Source: Vibrio vulnificus CMCP6 (lineage in GTDB: Bacteria > Pseudomonadota > Gammaproteobacteria > Enterobacterales > Vibrionaceae). From it: a stretch of 32,000 nt of DNA. Below the pieces are notes generated by a model that was not told the DNA's origin, ran no database searches, and worked only from the letters and a program-made list of their open reading frames with translations. A program made the translations under genes and the position numbers. The stretch is taken from positions 540,001 to 572,000 of the forward strand of contig NC_004459.3 of NCBI RefSeq assembly GCF_000039765.1, given 5' to 3'. Numbering within the stretch: the first letter of the stretch is position 1; the number at the start of each line of letters is the position of its first letter. This document shows positions 10,171 through 20,300 of the stretch, piece after piece.

Positions 10171-10887
10171 ATGCAAACCCCGCAGATTCTTATCGTCGAA
10201 GATGAGCAAGTAACTCGTAACACTCTTAAGAGTATTTTTGAAGCAGAGGGATATGCTGTATTTGAAGCCAGCAACGGTGATGAGATGCATCACATGCTGT
10301 CTGAAAATAGTATTAATCTGGTGATTATGGACATCAACCTGCCTGGTAAAAACGGCCTTCTTCTTGCCCGTGAACTCCGCGAGCAAGCCGATGTTGCTTT
10401 GATGTTCTTAACCGGTCGCGACAATGAAGTCGACAAGATTCTTGGCTTAGAAATCGGCGCAGATGATTACATCACGAAGCCATTTAATCCTCGCGAACTG
10501 ACGATCCGTGCTCGTAACCTGCTAAGCCGCTCTATGAGCAGCAGTGTTATGCCGGAAGAAAAACGTTCGGTTGAGAAATACGAATTTAACGGTTGGGTGT
10601 TGGATATCAACAGCCGCTCACTCATCAGCCCATCGGGTGATGGCTACAAACTGCCACGTTCAGAGTTCCGTGCATTGCTGCACTTCTGTGAAAACCCGGG
10701 CAAGATCCAAACTCGTGCCGATCTTCTGAAGAAGATGACGGGACGTGAACTTAAGCCGCACGATCGTACCGTTGACGTGACCATTCGTCGTATCCGTAAG
10801 CACTTTGAATCGGTATCTGGCACACCAGAAATCATCGCAACCATTCACGGTGAAGGCTACCGTTTCTGTGGTGATTTAGAAGCGTAA
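10171..10887 (+). CDS. arcA: Two-component response regulator ArcA
   Basis: [33 protein letters not shown]..., receiver and OmpR-type winged helix ([18 protein letters not shown]...[14 protein letters not shown]). Confidence 0.97.
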   Translation: MQTPQILIVEDEQVTRNTLKSIFEAEGYAVFEASNGDEMHHMLSENSINLVIMDINLPGKNGLLLARELREQADVALMFLTGRDNEVDKILGLEIGADDYITKPFNPRELTIRARNLLSRSMSSSVMPEEKRSVEKYEFNGWVLDINSRSLISPSGDGYKLPRSEFRALLHFCENPGKIQTRADLLKKMTGRELKPHDRTVDVTIRRIRKHFESVSGTPEIIATIHGEGYRFCGDLEA

Positions 10888-10902
10888 GCGCACCGCATAA
10901 AC

Positions 10903-10933
10903 AAAAAAAGGTTGGTGTTTACCAACCTTTTTT
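10903..10933. terminator. Bidirectional terminator between arcA and the convergent arcB/lipoprotein genes
   Basis: AAAAAAAGGTTGGT-gttt-ACCAACCTTTTTT, U-rich in both directions. Confidence 0.92.
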
Positions 10934-10959
10934 ATTTTGTCATGCCCTATCCGTTTGGC

Positions 10960-11409
10960 TTAAAACACTTTATCGATCGTAATGTTGCGCTCAACTAACC
11001 ATTCACGTTTACCGTGATTATCGAGCTCCACCAGCAAATCAACATTCTTTTCTGGATCAAAATTCGCTTGCCACACAAAGGCAATTTCCCATTTATTCTC
11101 ACTGTGCGTGCGCAATTCAAGCAAATCGCCATCAATTTTCCACTCTTGATCGCCTTGCTTAATCGTTAACTCACTCACTGTTAAGCTAGCTGGCAGATCG
11201 CGATCCGACGAGAGATACAAAGCACCATGCAGGTTATCTTGTTGCGATTCACCTAGCGTCGGCATCTGGTTGATCCAAAGGTTACTGGCCAGTTCAATGC
11301 GAGTATCAGCAATGGTGATACGATTATCTTGCTGCCAACTCACGTTTGGCTCGGAGGTGCATCCTACCAACAGCAATAGTGGCAGCAGTGCAATTAATGG
11401 TTTTTTCAT
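10960..11409 (-). CDS. Uncharacterised lipoprotein downstream of arcB
   Basis: MKKPLIALLPLLLLVGC lipobox; 149 aa. Its start codon is 5 nt past the arcB stop. Confidence 0.8.
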   Translation of the reverse strand: MKKPLIALLPLLLLVGCTSEPNVSWQQDNRITIADTRIELASNLWINQMPTLGESQQDNLHGALYLSSDRDLPASLTVSELTIKQGDQEWKIDGDLLELRTHSENKWEIAFVWQANFDPEKNVDLLVELDNHGKREWLVERNITIDKVF

Positions 11410-11413
11410 TTCT

Positions 11414-13756
11414 TCACCTCTGTTCTAACCAACTCTTCAATATCTGAATATCATTTTGATACTCATTCTTGATTTCTTCTACCCAGTCCGCGATATTTTC
11501 CCACCATGCGGGCATGTCTGGAGATTGCGCTTTTTGCGCAACGCTTTGAATTCGTTTCAACCCGATCGAACCCGCCGCTCCCTTGATTTTATGCGCTTCG
11601 GAAACAATCCCAGGTTGATCTTTTGCAATCATATTGGAATCGAGTATTTCAAGGTATTCAGGCATCATCTCTTCAAACATACGAATGCTATCGAGGACGG
11701 GCTGCGGTCCAACAATCTCTACGTAGGATTCAAGCATCACCAGATCCAAAATATGATTCTCTACATGGCTGGTTGTGATCTCAACAACTTCTGCCTCTTC
11801 CATCTCGATCGTGGTGCTTTCTTGTTTGATGATCAGTTTTTCAATCACATCTTGAATTGCCTGTACCGCAAGTGGCTTGCTAATGGCTTCATCCATGCCA
11901 TTGTCTAGATACTCTCGTTTATCTTTCAATACGTTGGCAGTGAGAGCAACCAGCGGTGGCAATTGGCTATAGTGTTTGCGATAGTACGCAGCGACATCAA
12001 ACCCCGTCATATCCGGCAGTTGGATATCCAGTAACACCAAATCGTAGCGGCTCGGGTCAAAGGAGCGTATCGCCTCGTCCCCTGTCATCGCAACCGTCAC
12101 TTTGTGGCCGAGACTTTCAAGTAGAGAGCGAGCAACGGTGACGTTGAGTGCAATGTCTTCCACCATAAAGATACTGAGATGGAGCTGGGTTTTCGGTTTG
12201 TCCACAGTCGATGGTGCAGATTCAATCACAGGAACGTGAATCGAAATAGTGAACGTACTACCAAAGCCTTCCTCACTGCTGACGGTAATATCGCCGTCCA
12301 TCATGTTGATCAGCTGGCGTGAAACCGCCAAACCAATCCCGGTTCCAACGGCATGCAAGTTATCTTTACCCGATTTGACTTGGTAGTACATGGCAAAAAT
12401 CTTATCCAGTTCCGCTTCTGGAATCCCGATCCCTGTATCTTCTACTTCAATAATGATGGTGGCAAAATCCTCTTCCACTTCGGAACTCACCGTCATGACC
12501 ACTCCGCCCTCTTTGGTAAACTTCATCGCATTGCTGATGAGATTCCAAATGACTTGGCGCAAGCGCGTGGCATCCACCTCGATGGCTTTAGGCAGTTCAC
12601 TCAGACGCTCTAAATCAAATCGCAATCCTTTTTGTTCTGCCATAAGTGCCGAAATGCTTTCGATTTCTGCGACAAAATCTTCAAAGTTAAGCGGAGCGGG
12701 TAACAGCTCTAATTTGCGGCGATCAAACTTGTCCATATCAATGATGTCATTGAATATATTACCTAAGGTGATCGCGCTGACATTGATGGTTTGCATGTAC
12801 TTGCGCTGCTCATCGGTTAAGCGCGTATCCAATAACATACGACTTAAACCAACAATGCCGTTAAGTGGGGTTCTAAGCTCGTGACTAATGGTTGAAATGA
12901 ACGTGGTTTTATCGCGGCTCGCTTTTTCCAATGATTCTTCATGGCGCTTACGTTCTGTAATGTCACGGCCAAAGCCAACCAATCCTAGGTGACGCCCATC
13001 TTTGCTGTAAAACGGCACTTTACGCAGCTCAAAGTAGTGTTTTCTACCATCTGGGTATTCAAGCCACTGCTCGTAAGTCAAAGCGCGATTATTGGCAAAA
13101 ACTTGCTGATCCGTATCGACAATTTGTTGAGCAACTTCCTTGCTGTAAACATCCCAAGGGCTTAAGCCGACCAATTGATGCTCTTTCTTGCCAGTCAACT
13201 CTTCCATCGCTCGGTTACAACCAGAGAACACCCCCTCGGCATTGCGGTAGTAAATCAAATCCGGAGAGGCATCAATAAAAGAGCGCAATAACGCCGTACG
13301 CTCCGCAAGTTCCACTTGGGTCCGTTCCCGTTGAAACACCTCGTTTTCGAGATCTTTCATTGCCTCTTCTCTGGCTTCTTCGGCGCGAATACGTTCTTCG
13401 ATCTCTTGGTTCAATTGCTCGATGTTCTGTTGCAACTGAACATTAAGCTCTTGATCTCGTGAACGCATATCTTTCAATTTAGAAACCAATTTTGAGAGAC
13501 GCTGGCGTGACTCTTCCAATTGATCCACCACCACTGACAAGAAATAAACCGCCCAAGGAGTAATGAGCAAACCGAAAAAGACTGAGCGGACAATATCGAT
13601 ATCATCCACATTACCTTTCAGCACCAAGGTGATGCCCACTTGGACCACCACAGCTAATGCAACCAACGCCAAGGCTAGCAACATCGAAAAACGCACAATC
13701 CCCAGCTTAACCAGTAGATCAACGTAATACTGGGCAAGGTTTTTCATCGGTTTCAT
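11414..13756 (-). CDS. arcB: Hybrid sensor histidine kinase ArcB
   Basis: Two N-terminal TM segments, PAS (DLIYYRNAEGVFSGCNRAMEELTG), HisKA (TTFISTISHELRTPLNGIVGLSRML), receiver (LVLLDIQLPDMTGFDV) and HPt (EAHKIKGAAGSIGL). Confidence 0.95.
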   Translation of the reverse strand: MKPMKNLAQYYVDLLVKLGIVRFSMLLALALVALAVVVQVGITLVLKGNVDDIDIVRSVFFGLLITPWAVYFLSVVVDQLEESRQRLSKLVSKLKDMRSRDQELNVQLQQNIEQLNQEIEERIRAEEAREEAMKDLENEVFQRERTQVELAERTALLRSFIDASPDLIYYRNAEGVFSGCNRAMEELTGKKEHQLVGLSPWDVYSKEVAQQIVDTDQQVFANNRALTYEQWLEYPDGRKHYFELRKVPFYSKDGRHLGLVGFGRDITERKRHEESLEKASRDKTTFISTISHELRTPLNGIVGLSRMLLDTRLTDEQRKYMQTINVSAITLGNIFNDIIDMDKFDRRKLELLPAPLNFEDFVAEIESISALMAEQKGLRFDLERLSELPKAIEVDATRLRQVIWNLISNAMKFTKEGGVVMTVSSEVEEDFATIIIEVEDTGIGIPEAELDKIFAMYYQVKSGKDNLHAVGTGIGLAVSRQLINMMDGDITVSSEEGFGSTFTISIHVPVIESAPSTVDKPKTQLHLSIFMVEDIALNVTVARSLLESLGHKVTVAMTGDEAIRSFDPSRYDLVLLDIQLPDMTGFDVAAYYRKHYSQLPPLVALTANVLKDKREYLDNGMDEAISKPLAVQAIQDVIEKLIIKQESTTIEMEEAEVVEITTSHVENHILDLVMLESYVEIVGPQPVLDSIRMFEEMMPEYLEILDSNMIAKDQPGIVSEAHKIKGAAGSIGLKRIQSVAQKAQSPDMPAWWENIADWVEEIKNEYQNDIQILKSWLEQR

Positions 13757-13986
13757 TTAATGCTCCAAAAGATGAGAGGACAACCTGAACGAGTGAAGTC
13801 GTTGGCAACATTAGCATTTAATGCCGTGCAAACATCGAACAGACCATGTAATGAAAATGGCGATCGCGGCACGTTTCAACATCAAATTCACGCACTTAGT
13901 TTAGCTTGTTTACCCTTGAGGGTTAAGCTATTGAAATCACAACAAGCGCAATCAATAGAAAATCAGTTGGCGTGAGGGGGATTACC

Positions 13987-15762
13987 CTATGCCAAAGTGG
14001 ACGGCGATTCGCCAGAAGAGAGAGAAATAGGATGAACACAAGTGCGATTCCGGCCATCTGATTTGGCTTGATAAAGCGCGCTATCAGCAAGCGCCACTCC
14101 CATATCAGGGACATCTTCGGGGGAGGGAATGTAAGAAACCAAACCAATACTGATGGTCACTCGCCCTGCAATCTTGGAACCTTGATGGGCTATGTTGCTT
14201 TCAGCGATGTAAGCGTGGATCTTCTCCGCCACTTTCAAAGCCCCTTCTGCCGTAGTGTTGGGCAACAATAGAGCAAACTCCTCGCCACCATAGCGCGCAA
14301 CACAGTCAGACGAGCGGCTGACAACTTGACTAAAAACGGTCGCAACTTGGATTAGCGCCTCATCTCCTGCTTGATGGCCATAGCGATCATTGAACTCTTT
14401 GAAGAAATCAATATCGCAGAGCATGATGGTCAGCGGCAATTTTTCTCGGGCATGGTGGAACCACAGAGTATTCAGTTGCTCATCAAAACGGCGACGGTTG
14501 GACACTTGAGTTAAGCTGTCCATAAAGCTCAATTTTTCTAGCTCTAGGTTTGCGGCTTCCAATTTCTGCTCGGCGAGATAACGCTCAGAGATATCGCGTG
14601 CCATGATCAAGACACCGTTGGTCCCTGAAGCGGGATCGCGAAACGGTGACTTCACTACGTCATACCAAGCGTATTCTCCATTACTGTCGAGCACTTTATC
14701 GATATAACGCAGCGACTTACCTTCGTGCAACACCTGGCTGTCCGTCACAGAGAGGCGTTGGTACATCTCGCCGGGAACCACATCTTGCAAACGCTTACCG
14801 ATGAGATCATTCACGTCCGCGATACCCAGAGCTCGCACGAATGGCTCGTTACACGCTTGATACACCAGATTCTCATTGAAGATGCCGATCGAGTCAGGGC
14901 TGGCTTCCAAAATGTTTTGTAAGATGGTATCTCGCTGTGCCAACGCCACCTCGGTATCTTTGCGGCGCTCCATCTCATCTCGTAGATTTTGCTGCATGGC
15001 ATGCCACTCTGTTACATCGTGGCTGATGCTAAGAGTGCCAATCGGCTCACCCGCTTTGGTCATTAATAAACTTTGATTAACTTCCAACAAACAACTGCGC
15101 CCTTGCGGATCAGTCGTCCAGCGGCGTTCGCTTTGACGACCTTTCATCAGGCGACTTTCCGGCATAATCGCTTCATCTCTCCGCCCTTCCCAGAACAGTT
15201 CAAAAGCGCGGTTGGTGGCCAGAATTTTGCCGTCATTGTCTTTCAGGCAGATCAGTTCGCTTAGCGAATCTAACGCTGATTGCGCCACTAAGAAGGCATC
15301 GAGATCGTCCATATGACGAGAGCGATTCGAAGGATTTAATTGGATATTCAGTAGCCAGCAGTGCTGACCACGGTAGTAAACTTTGCGGCCACTTAACGCC
15401 ACGTCAAGATGCTCATGTTCCGACGCTTGCCAGGCGAATGCAAGCTGACTGAACTGACGCCCAGAGAGTGAGGTTAACGAATTGGACAACTGTTCAATGG
15501 CGAACGTCGCCGGAAAAAGATACGTTCGATTAAGCTGACGAACCCCAAGCTGCTGCATTGCCGCACTGTTTGCCAATAGAACATGCTGCCCAGTGAGATC
15601 GACTAATAAGACTGGGGACATCAAATCGAGAATCAGCGTATCAAGCTCTCGTTGATAGCGAAGATGCAGTAGCCGAGCCACAACATAGCCGAACACCGCC
15701 ATTAAAATAATCGCGCCGTAATGCTCTGCGAGGTGTGCTATCCATGCAAACTGCTTGTCCAT
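13987..15762 (-). CDS. Membrane-anchored PAS-PAS-GGDEF diguanylate cyclase
   Basis: MDKQFAWIAHLAEHYGAIILMAVFGYVVARLL N-terminal TM segment; PAS domains (ASPDSIGIFNENLVYQACNEPFVRALG); GGDEF domain with active-site RYGGEEFALLLP. Start chosen at 15762; the track extends to 15825, overlapping the upstream gene. Confidence 0.92.
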   Translation of the reverse strand: MDKQFAWIAHLAEHYGAIILMAVFGYVVARLLHLRYQRELDTLILDLMSPVLLVDLTGQHVLLANSAAMQQLGVRQLNRTYLFPATFAIEQLSNSLTSLSGRQFSQLAFAWQASEHEHLDVALSGRKVYYRGQHCWLLNIQLNPSNRSRHMDDLDAFLVAQSALDSLSELICLKDNDGKILATNRAFELFWEGRRDEAIMPESRLMKGRQSERRWTTDPQGRSCLLEVNQSLLMTKAGEPIGTLSISHDVTEWHAMQQNLRDEMERRKDTEVALAQRDTILQNILEASPDSIGIFNENLVYQACNEPFVRALGIADVNDLIGKRLQDVVPGEMYQRLSVTDSQVLHEGKSLRYIDKVLDSNGEYAWYDVVKSPFRDPASGTNGVLIMARDISERYLAEQKLEAANLELEKLSFMDSLTQVSNRRRFDEQLNTLWFHHAREKLPLTIMLCDIDFFKEFNDRYGHQAGDEALIQVATVFSQVVSRSSDCVARYGGEEFALLLPNTTAEGALKVAEKIHAYIAESNIAHQGSKIAGRVTISIGLVSYIPSPEDVPDMGVALADSALYQAKSDGRNRTCVHPISLSSGESPSTLA

Positions 15763-15803
15763 TCTCACTCTTAGATGAATTGTGTGTGCGGCGACTATAC
15801 CAA

Positions 15804-16760
15804 CTATTGAGGGTGAATTCCGCATTTTAATTGCGGTTTAGTATAGACAAAAGAATGGCCAAGCGCACTGCCCTGTCCGCCATGCTGAGCAAGGTATTGA
15901 CCGATTGCAGTCATGGCTAACCAGCGATTTTCACACCATAAAGGCGATAGCAATGTCGGACGACGAGCGGCTGAAGAGACTCGGTGGAAAATCACCTCTG
16001 GCGGTGTTCGGCGAATCATTTCGCAGGCAATCTCGACATATTGCTCCAATTCTGGTGCATCCAACTTACCCGCACGCCAAGCTTTGGCCATGGTACTGCC
16101 TTCAACAATATGCAAACCGTGTAACTTGATGCCATCCGCACCGACCTCAATCACTTTTTCTAAGGTGGCGAAGTTATCGTCTCGAGACTCTTTTGGTAAC
16201 CCAACGATCAAATGCGTACATACTTTGATGCCCAAGGCACGGGCTCGCTGAGTGATCTCTGCATAGCATTCAAAATCGTGTCCACGATTGATCCGCTTCA
16301 AGGTGCTATTGCTGGCCGTTTGCAGCCCCAACTCCAGCCAAATTTCATAACCTTGCTGCACGTAATCCGAGAGCAAGTCTAATACCGCATCTGGCACACA
16401 ATCTGGGCGAGTCCCGACACAAAGACCGACAATATCCGCGGCTTTCAACGCCTCTTCATACATGTTTTTCAGCACCTGCACTTCAGCATAGGTGCTGGTG
16501 TAAGCTTGAAAATAGGCTAAGTACTTCTTCGCGCGATGCACCTCTCCCGCTCGTTCGGTCAATTGCTCTCGAATACTTTTGACTTGAGCTTGCTCATCAG
16601 CGAACGACGCCACATTGCAGAAAGTACAACCACCACGGCCGATCGTGCCATCACGATTTGGACAGCTAAACCCTCCATGAAGCGTCAATTTATGCACTTT
16701 TTCTCCATATCGACGCTGAAGATCCTGACCAATCGTATTCACTAGCTCATGTAATTGCAT
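15804..16760 (-). CDS. YhcC-type (TIGR01212 family) radical SAM protein
   Basis: HGGFSCPNRDGTIGRGGCTFCNVASF gives the radical SAM Cys cluster; GIKVCTHLIVGLPKESRDD. Likely start is MQLHELVNTIG at 16760. Confidence 0.9.
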   Translation of the reverse strand: MQLHELVNTIGQDLQRRYGEKVHKLTLHGGFSCPNRDGTIGRGGCTFCNVASFADEQAQVKSIREQLTERAGEVHRAKKYLAYFQAYTSTYAEVQVLKNMYEEALKAADIVGLCVGTRPDCVPDAVLDLLSDYVQQGYEIWLELGLQTASNSTLKRINRGHDFECYAEITQRARALGIKVCTHLIVGLPKESRDDNFATLEKVIEVGADGIKLHGLHIVEGSTMAKAWRAGKLDAPELEQYVEIACEMIRRTPPEVIFHRVSSAARRPTLLSPLWCENRWLAMTAIGQYLAQHGGQGSALGHSFVYTKPQLKCGIHPQ

Positions 16761-17103
16761 TGAAAACCACCAATTGTAAACCGCAATCAATCTCACTACG
16801 GTTTATGTAAATTAATTACACACCTGCAAGAAAAAACACAAAATTTTAGTGAATTCAAACGAAGCTTTTCATGGCAAAAATCAATAAACATGCATAAATA
16901 AAAGCAAAACAAGCCAATGTTGCATATTTGTTAAACAATAAGTGCATTTTTAAACAAGAATTTTGCCTAACTCTGGTTACTTTTCGTTGCATTCCTTAGT
17001 CACAAAATTGTAGGATACTTACACATAACCGTCATTTTTGTGAGCTTTATTACAAAATCAAATGCGGAATATGTCTGCGATAAGCCACTCCAACCTATAT
17101 AAA

Positions 17104-17213
17104 TCACTAAAAAGTGACCAATAAAACAGGCTTATCACCAAGGATTGTTTTTCCCACAAAATTTTTCCTGTGGGATACGGAAAGGACTCAAAATCAACCC
17201 CCTCTGGTTGATT
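17104..17213 (+). promoter_or_regulatory. Structured gltB1 5' leader with three successive stem-loops
   Basis: TCACT-aaaa-AGTGA (17104-17117); TCCCACA-aaatttttcc-TGTGGGA (17152-17175); AATCAACC-ccctct-GGTTGATT (17192-17213). Confidence 0.5.
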
Positions 17214-17238
17214 GCGATTCAAAACTATAAAGGACAAG

Positions 17239-17316
17239 GTGCTCAACCCGAGAATGCGATCTCATCGTATTGGTGTTGCTGCGCCTTCTAGAACTGGAAG
17301 GAAGTATCTATGGTAG
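17239..17316 (+). CDS. Candidate 25-aa leader ORF/uORF overlapping the gltB1 start codon
   Basis: GTG CTC AAC CCG AGA ATG CGA TCT CAT CGT ATT GGT GTT GCT GCG CCT TCT AGA ACT GGA AGG AAG TAT CTA TGG TAG, preceded by AAAGGAC. It overlaps the gltB1 ATG at 17310. Confidence 0.3.
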   Translation: MLNPRMRSHRIGVAAPSRTGRKYLW

Positions 17317-20300
17317 ATAGAGAGCAAAGTTCGCAAGGGCTTTATACTCCCGAGCTAGAGCATGATGCCTGTGGTATCGGTTTTGTCGCTCATCTCAAAA
17401 ACCGCAAATCCCATCAAGTTGTGACTCAAGCTCTAGATATGCTAGCTCGCATGGAACACCGTGGTGGTCAAGGCTGCGATCCATGCAGTGGCGACGGTGC
17501 GGGTATTTTGCTGCAAAAGCCTCACGAATTTTTGTTAGAAGAAGCGGTCAAGCTTGGTATCAAGCTACCTTCTTTTGAGAAATACGGTGTCGGTGTCGTT
17601 TTGTTCCCGAAAGATGAATACAAACGCGAACAATGCCGTGACATCCTAGAACGCAATGCGAAACGCCTTGATTTGGATATCATTGGCTATCGTGTTCTGC
17701 CAACCGACAATTCGATGATTGGCGCCGATCCGCTAAGCACAGAGCCTCAATTTGAGCATGTGTTTATTTCCGGCGGCCCAGGTACCTCACCAGAAGAACT
17801 TGAGCGCAAGCTGTATGTGCTGCGTAACTACACCGTACGCGTTTGCCTTGAGAGCGTTTCGAATATCGGGGATGACTTCTACATCAACTCGATGTCTTAC
17901 AAAACCTTGGTCTATAAAGGTCAGCTAACCACTGAGCAAGTGCCTCAGTATTTCCAAGACCTACAAAACCCGACCATGGTCACCGCACTGGCTCTTGTGC
18001 ACTCTCGTTTCTCTACCAATACTTTCCCGAAATGGCGCTTGGCTCAACCTTTCCGTTACATTGCGCACAACGGTGAAATCAACACGGTTCGCGGCAACCT
18101 TAACTGGATGAAAGCACGCGAAGCGATCTTAGAATCTAAGCTCTTCACGCAAGCAGAGATCGACATGCTATTGCCGATCTGTCAGGAAGGTGCTTCTGAC
18201 TCTGCCAACTTTGACATGGTGTTGGAACTGCTGGTGCTTTCAGGCCGCAGTCTGCCGCACGCGCTGATGATGATGATTCCTGAAGCGTGGCAAGAAAACA
18301 AAGCCATGGATCCAAAACGCCGTGCCTTCTATCAATACCATGCCAACATCATGGAACCGTGGGATGGCCCTGCATCTGTCTGCTTTACCGATGGTGTACA
18401 AGTTGGTGCAACACTAGACCGTAACGGTCTGCGCCCGTCACGCTATACCGTGACAAAAGACAACATGCTGATCATGGCATCCGAATCTGGCGTCGTGGAA
18501 ATCCCACCAGAAAACGTTGAATACCGTGGCCGTTTGCAGCCAGGACGCATCTTCGTCGCCGATCTCGAACAAGGCCGCATCATTTCCGATGAAGAAGTGA
18601 AAGATTCGATTGCCAACGCTCAGCCGTATGAGCAGTGGGTAACGGACAATCTGCTCAGCCTAAAATCGCTGCCAGATGCCGATAACGTACACAGCCAACC
18701 TTCTCCAGAGCGTCTATTGCATCGCCAGCAAGCGTTTGGCATCAGCGCAGAAGAAGTGAATGAGATCATTCTGCCGTTGGCACAAACCGGCTATGAACCC
18801 CTTGGTTCGATGGGGGCTGACTGGCCAGTTGCGATCCTATCGCATCAATCTCAGCATTTAGCTAACTACTTTAAGCAGTTGTTTGCTCAGGTGACTAACC
18901 CGCCGATCGACCCGATCCGTGAACGTATGGTAATGTCACTCAATACCTACATCGGTAAAGATCAGAACCTACTGGCAGAATCGCCGGTTCATTGCCGCAA
19001 AGTAGAACTTGAGTCTCCAGTGATCTCAAACGCTGAGCTCGAAAAACTGCGTGCTATCGACAACGAACACTTACAAGCAAAAACGTTAGATATCGTATTC
19101 CAAGCCAACGAAGACGCTGGCAAACTGGAACGCGCACTCAAACGTATTTGTCAGTACGCGGAAGATGCCGTGATCGACGGTTACTCCATCATTCTATTGA
19201 CTGACCGTGCCGTAAACTCTAACCACGCAGCGATTCCAGCGATGTTAGCAGTGGGTGCGGTTCATCATCACCTGATTCGTAAAGGGCTACGCGCCAAATG
19301 TGGCATCGTAGTGGAAACGGGTGATGCGCGCGAAACACACCATTTCGCCACGCTCGTGGGCTATGGCGCCAATGCGGTGAACCCTTATCTGGTCACTGAA
19401 ACGATCGTTGATCTACAACGTCGTAAAAAGCTGGATGCCAACGTGTCGGTTGAAGAGTACTTCAACAACTACCGTAAAGGGGTCAACGGCGGCCTATTAA
19501 AGATCTTCTCGAAAATGGGTATTTCGACGCTGCAGTCCTACCACGGTGCGCAAATTTTTGAAGCCCTTGGTATCAGCAAAGCGGTGGTCGAAAAATACTT
19601 CACCGGTACCGTTACACGTATTCAAGGTTTGACCTTAGATGACATCGCTAAAGAAGTCTTAGTGCGTCATCGCGTAGGCTACCCAACTCGTGAAATCCCA
19701 ATTCAAATGCTCGATGTGGGTGGTGTTTATCAGTGGAAACAACGTGGTGAAAAACACCTGTTTAACCCTGAAACCATTCACCTGCTGCAACACTCTACTC
19801 GTAACAAAGACTACGCAGAGTTCAAGAAATACGCGGCAGAAGTGGATCGCCAAGGTGACAAAGCCGTTACCCTACGTAGCCAACTTGATTTCGTGAAAAA
19901 TCCTGCGGGTTCAATCCCAATCGATGAAGTGGAACCCGTAGAGAGCATCGTCAAACGTTTCGCCACTGGCGCAATGTCATTTGGCTCTATCTCTTACGAG
20001 GCACACTCGACTCTAGCGGTCGCGATGAACCGTCTCGGCGCGAAATCAAACTCCGGTGAAGGTGGTGAAGATCCAATTCGCTTCTCACCGAATGAAAATG
20101 GCGATTCAGAACGCTCTGCGATTAAACAGGTTGCTTCAGGCCGTTTTGGTGTGACCTCTTACTACCTCACCAACTCTGACGAAATTCAGATCAAAATGGC
20201 ACAAGGGGCAAAACCGGGCGAAGGTGGTCAGCTACCGGGCGACAAAGTCGACGATTGGATTGGTGCAACACGTCACTCCACTCCTGGGGTTGGTTTGATT

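Noticed and set aside
13760-14147. ORFs 13760-13975 + and 13923-14147 - between arcB and the GGDEF gene
   Set aside because: They overlap each other and the GGDEF gene 3' end; no family resemblance or conserved motif.
17058-17246. Minus-strand ORF (62 aa) in the gltB1 leader
   Set aside because: Its composition and lack of RBS suggest chance. It overlaps the leader hairpins, which are better explained on the plus strand.
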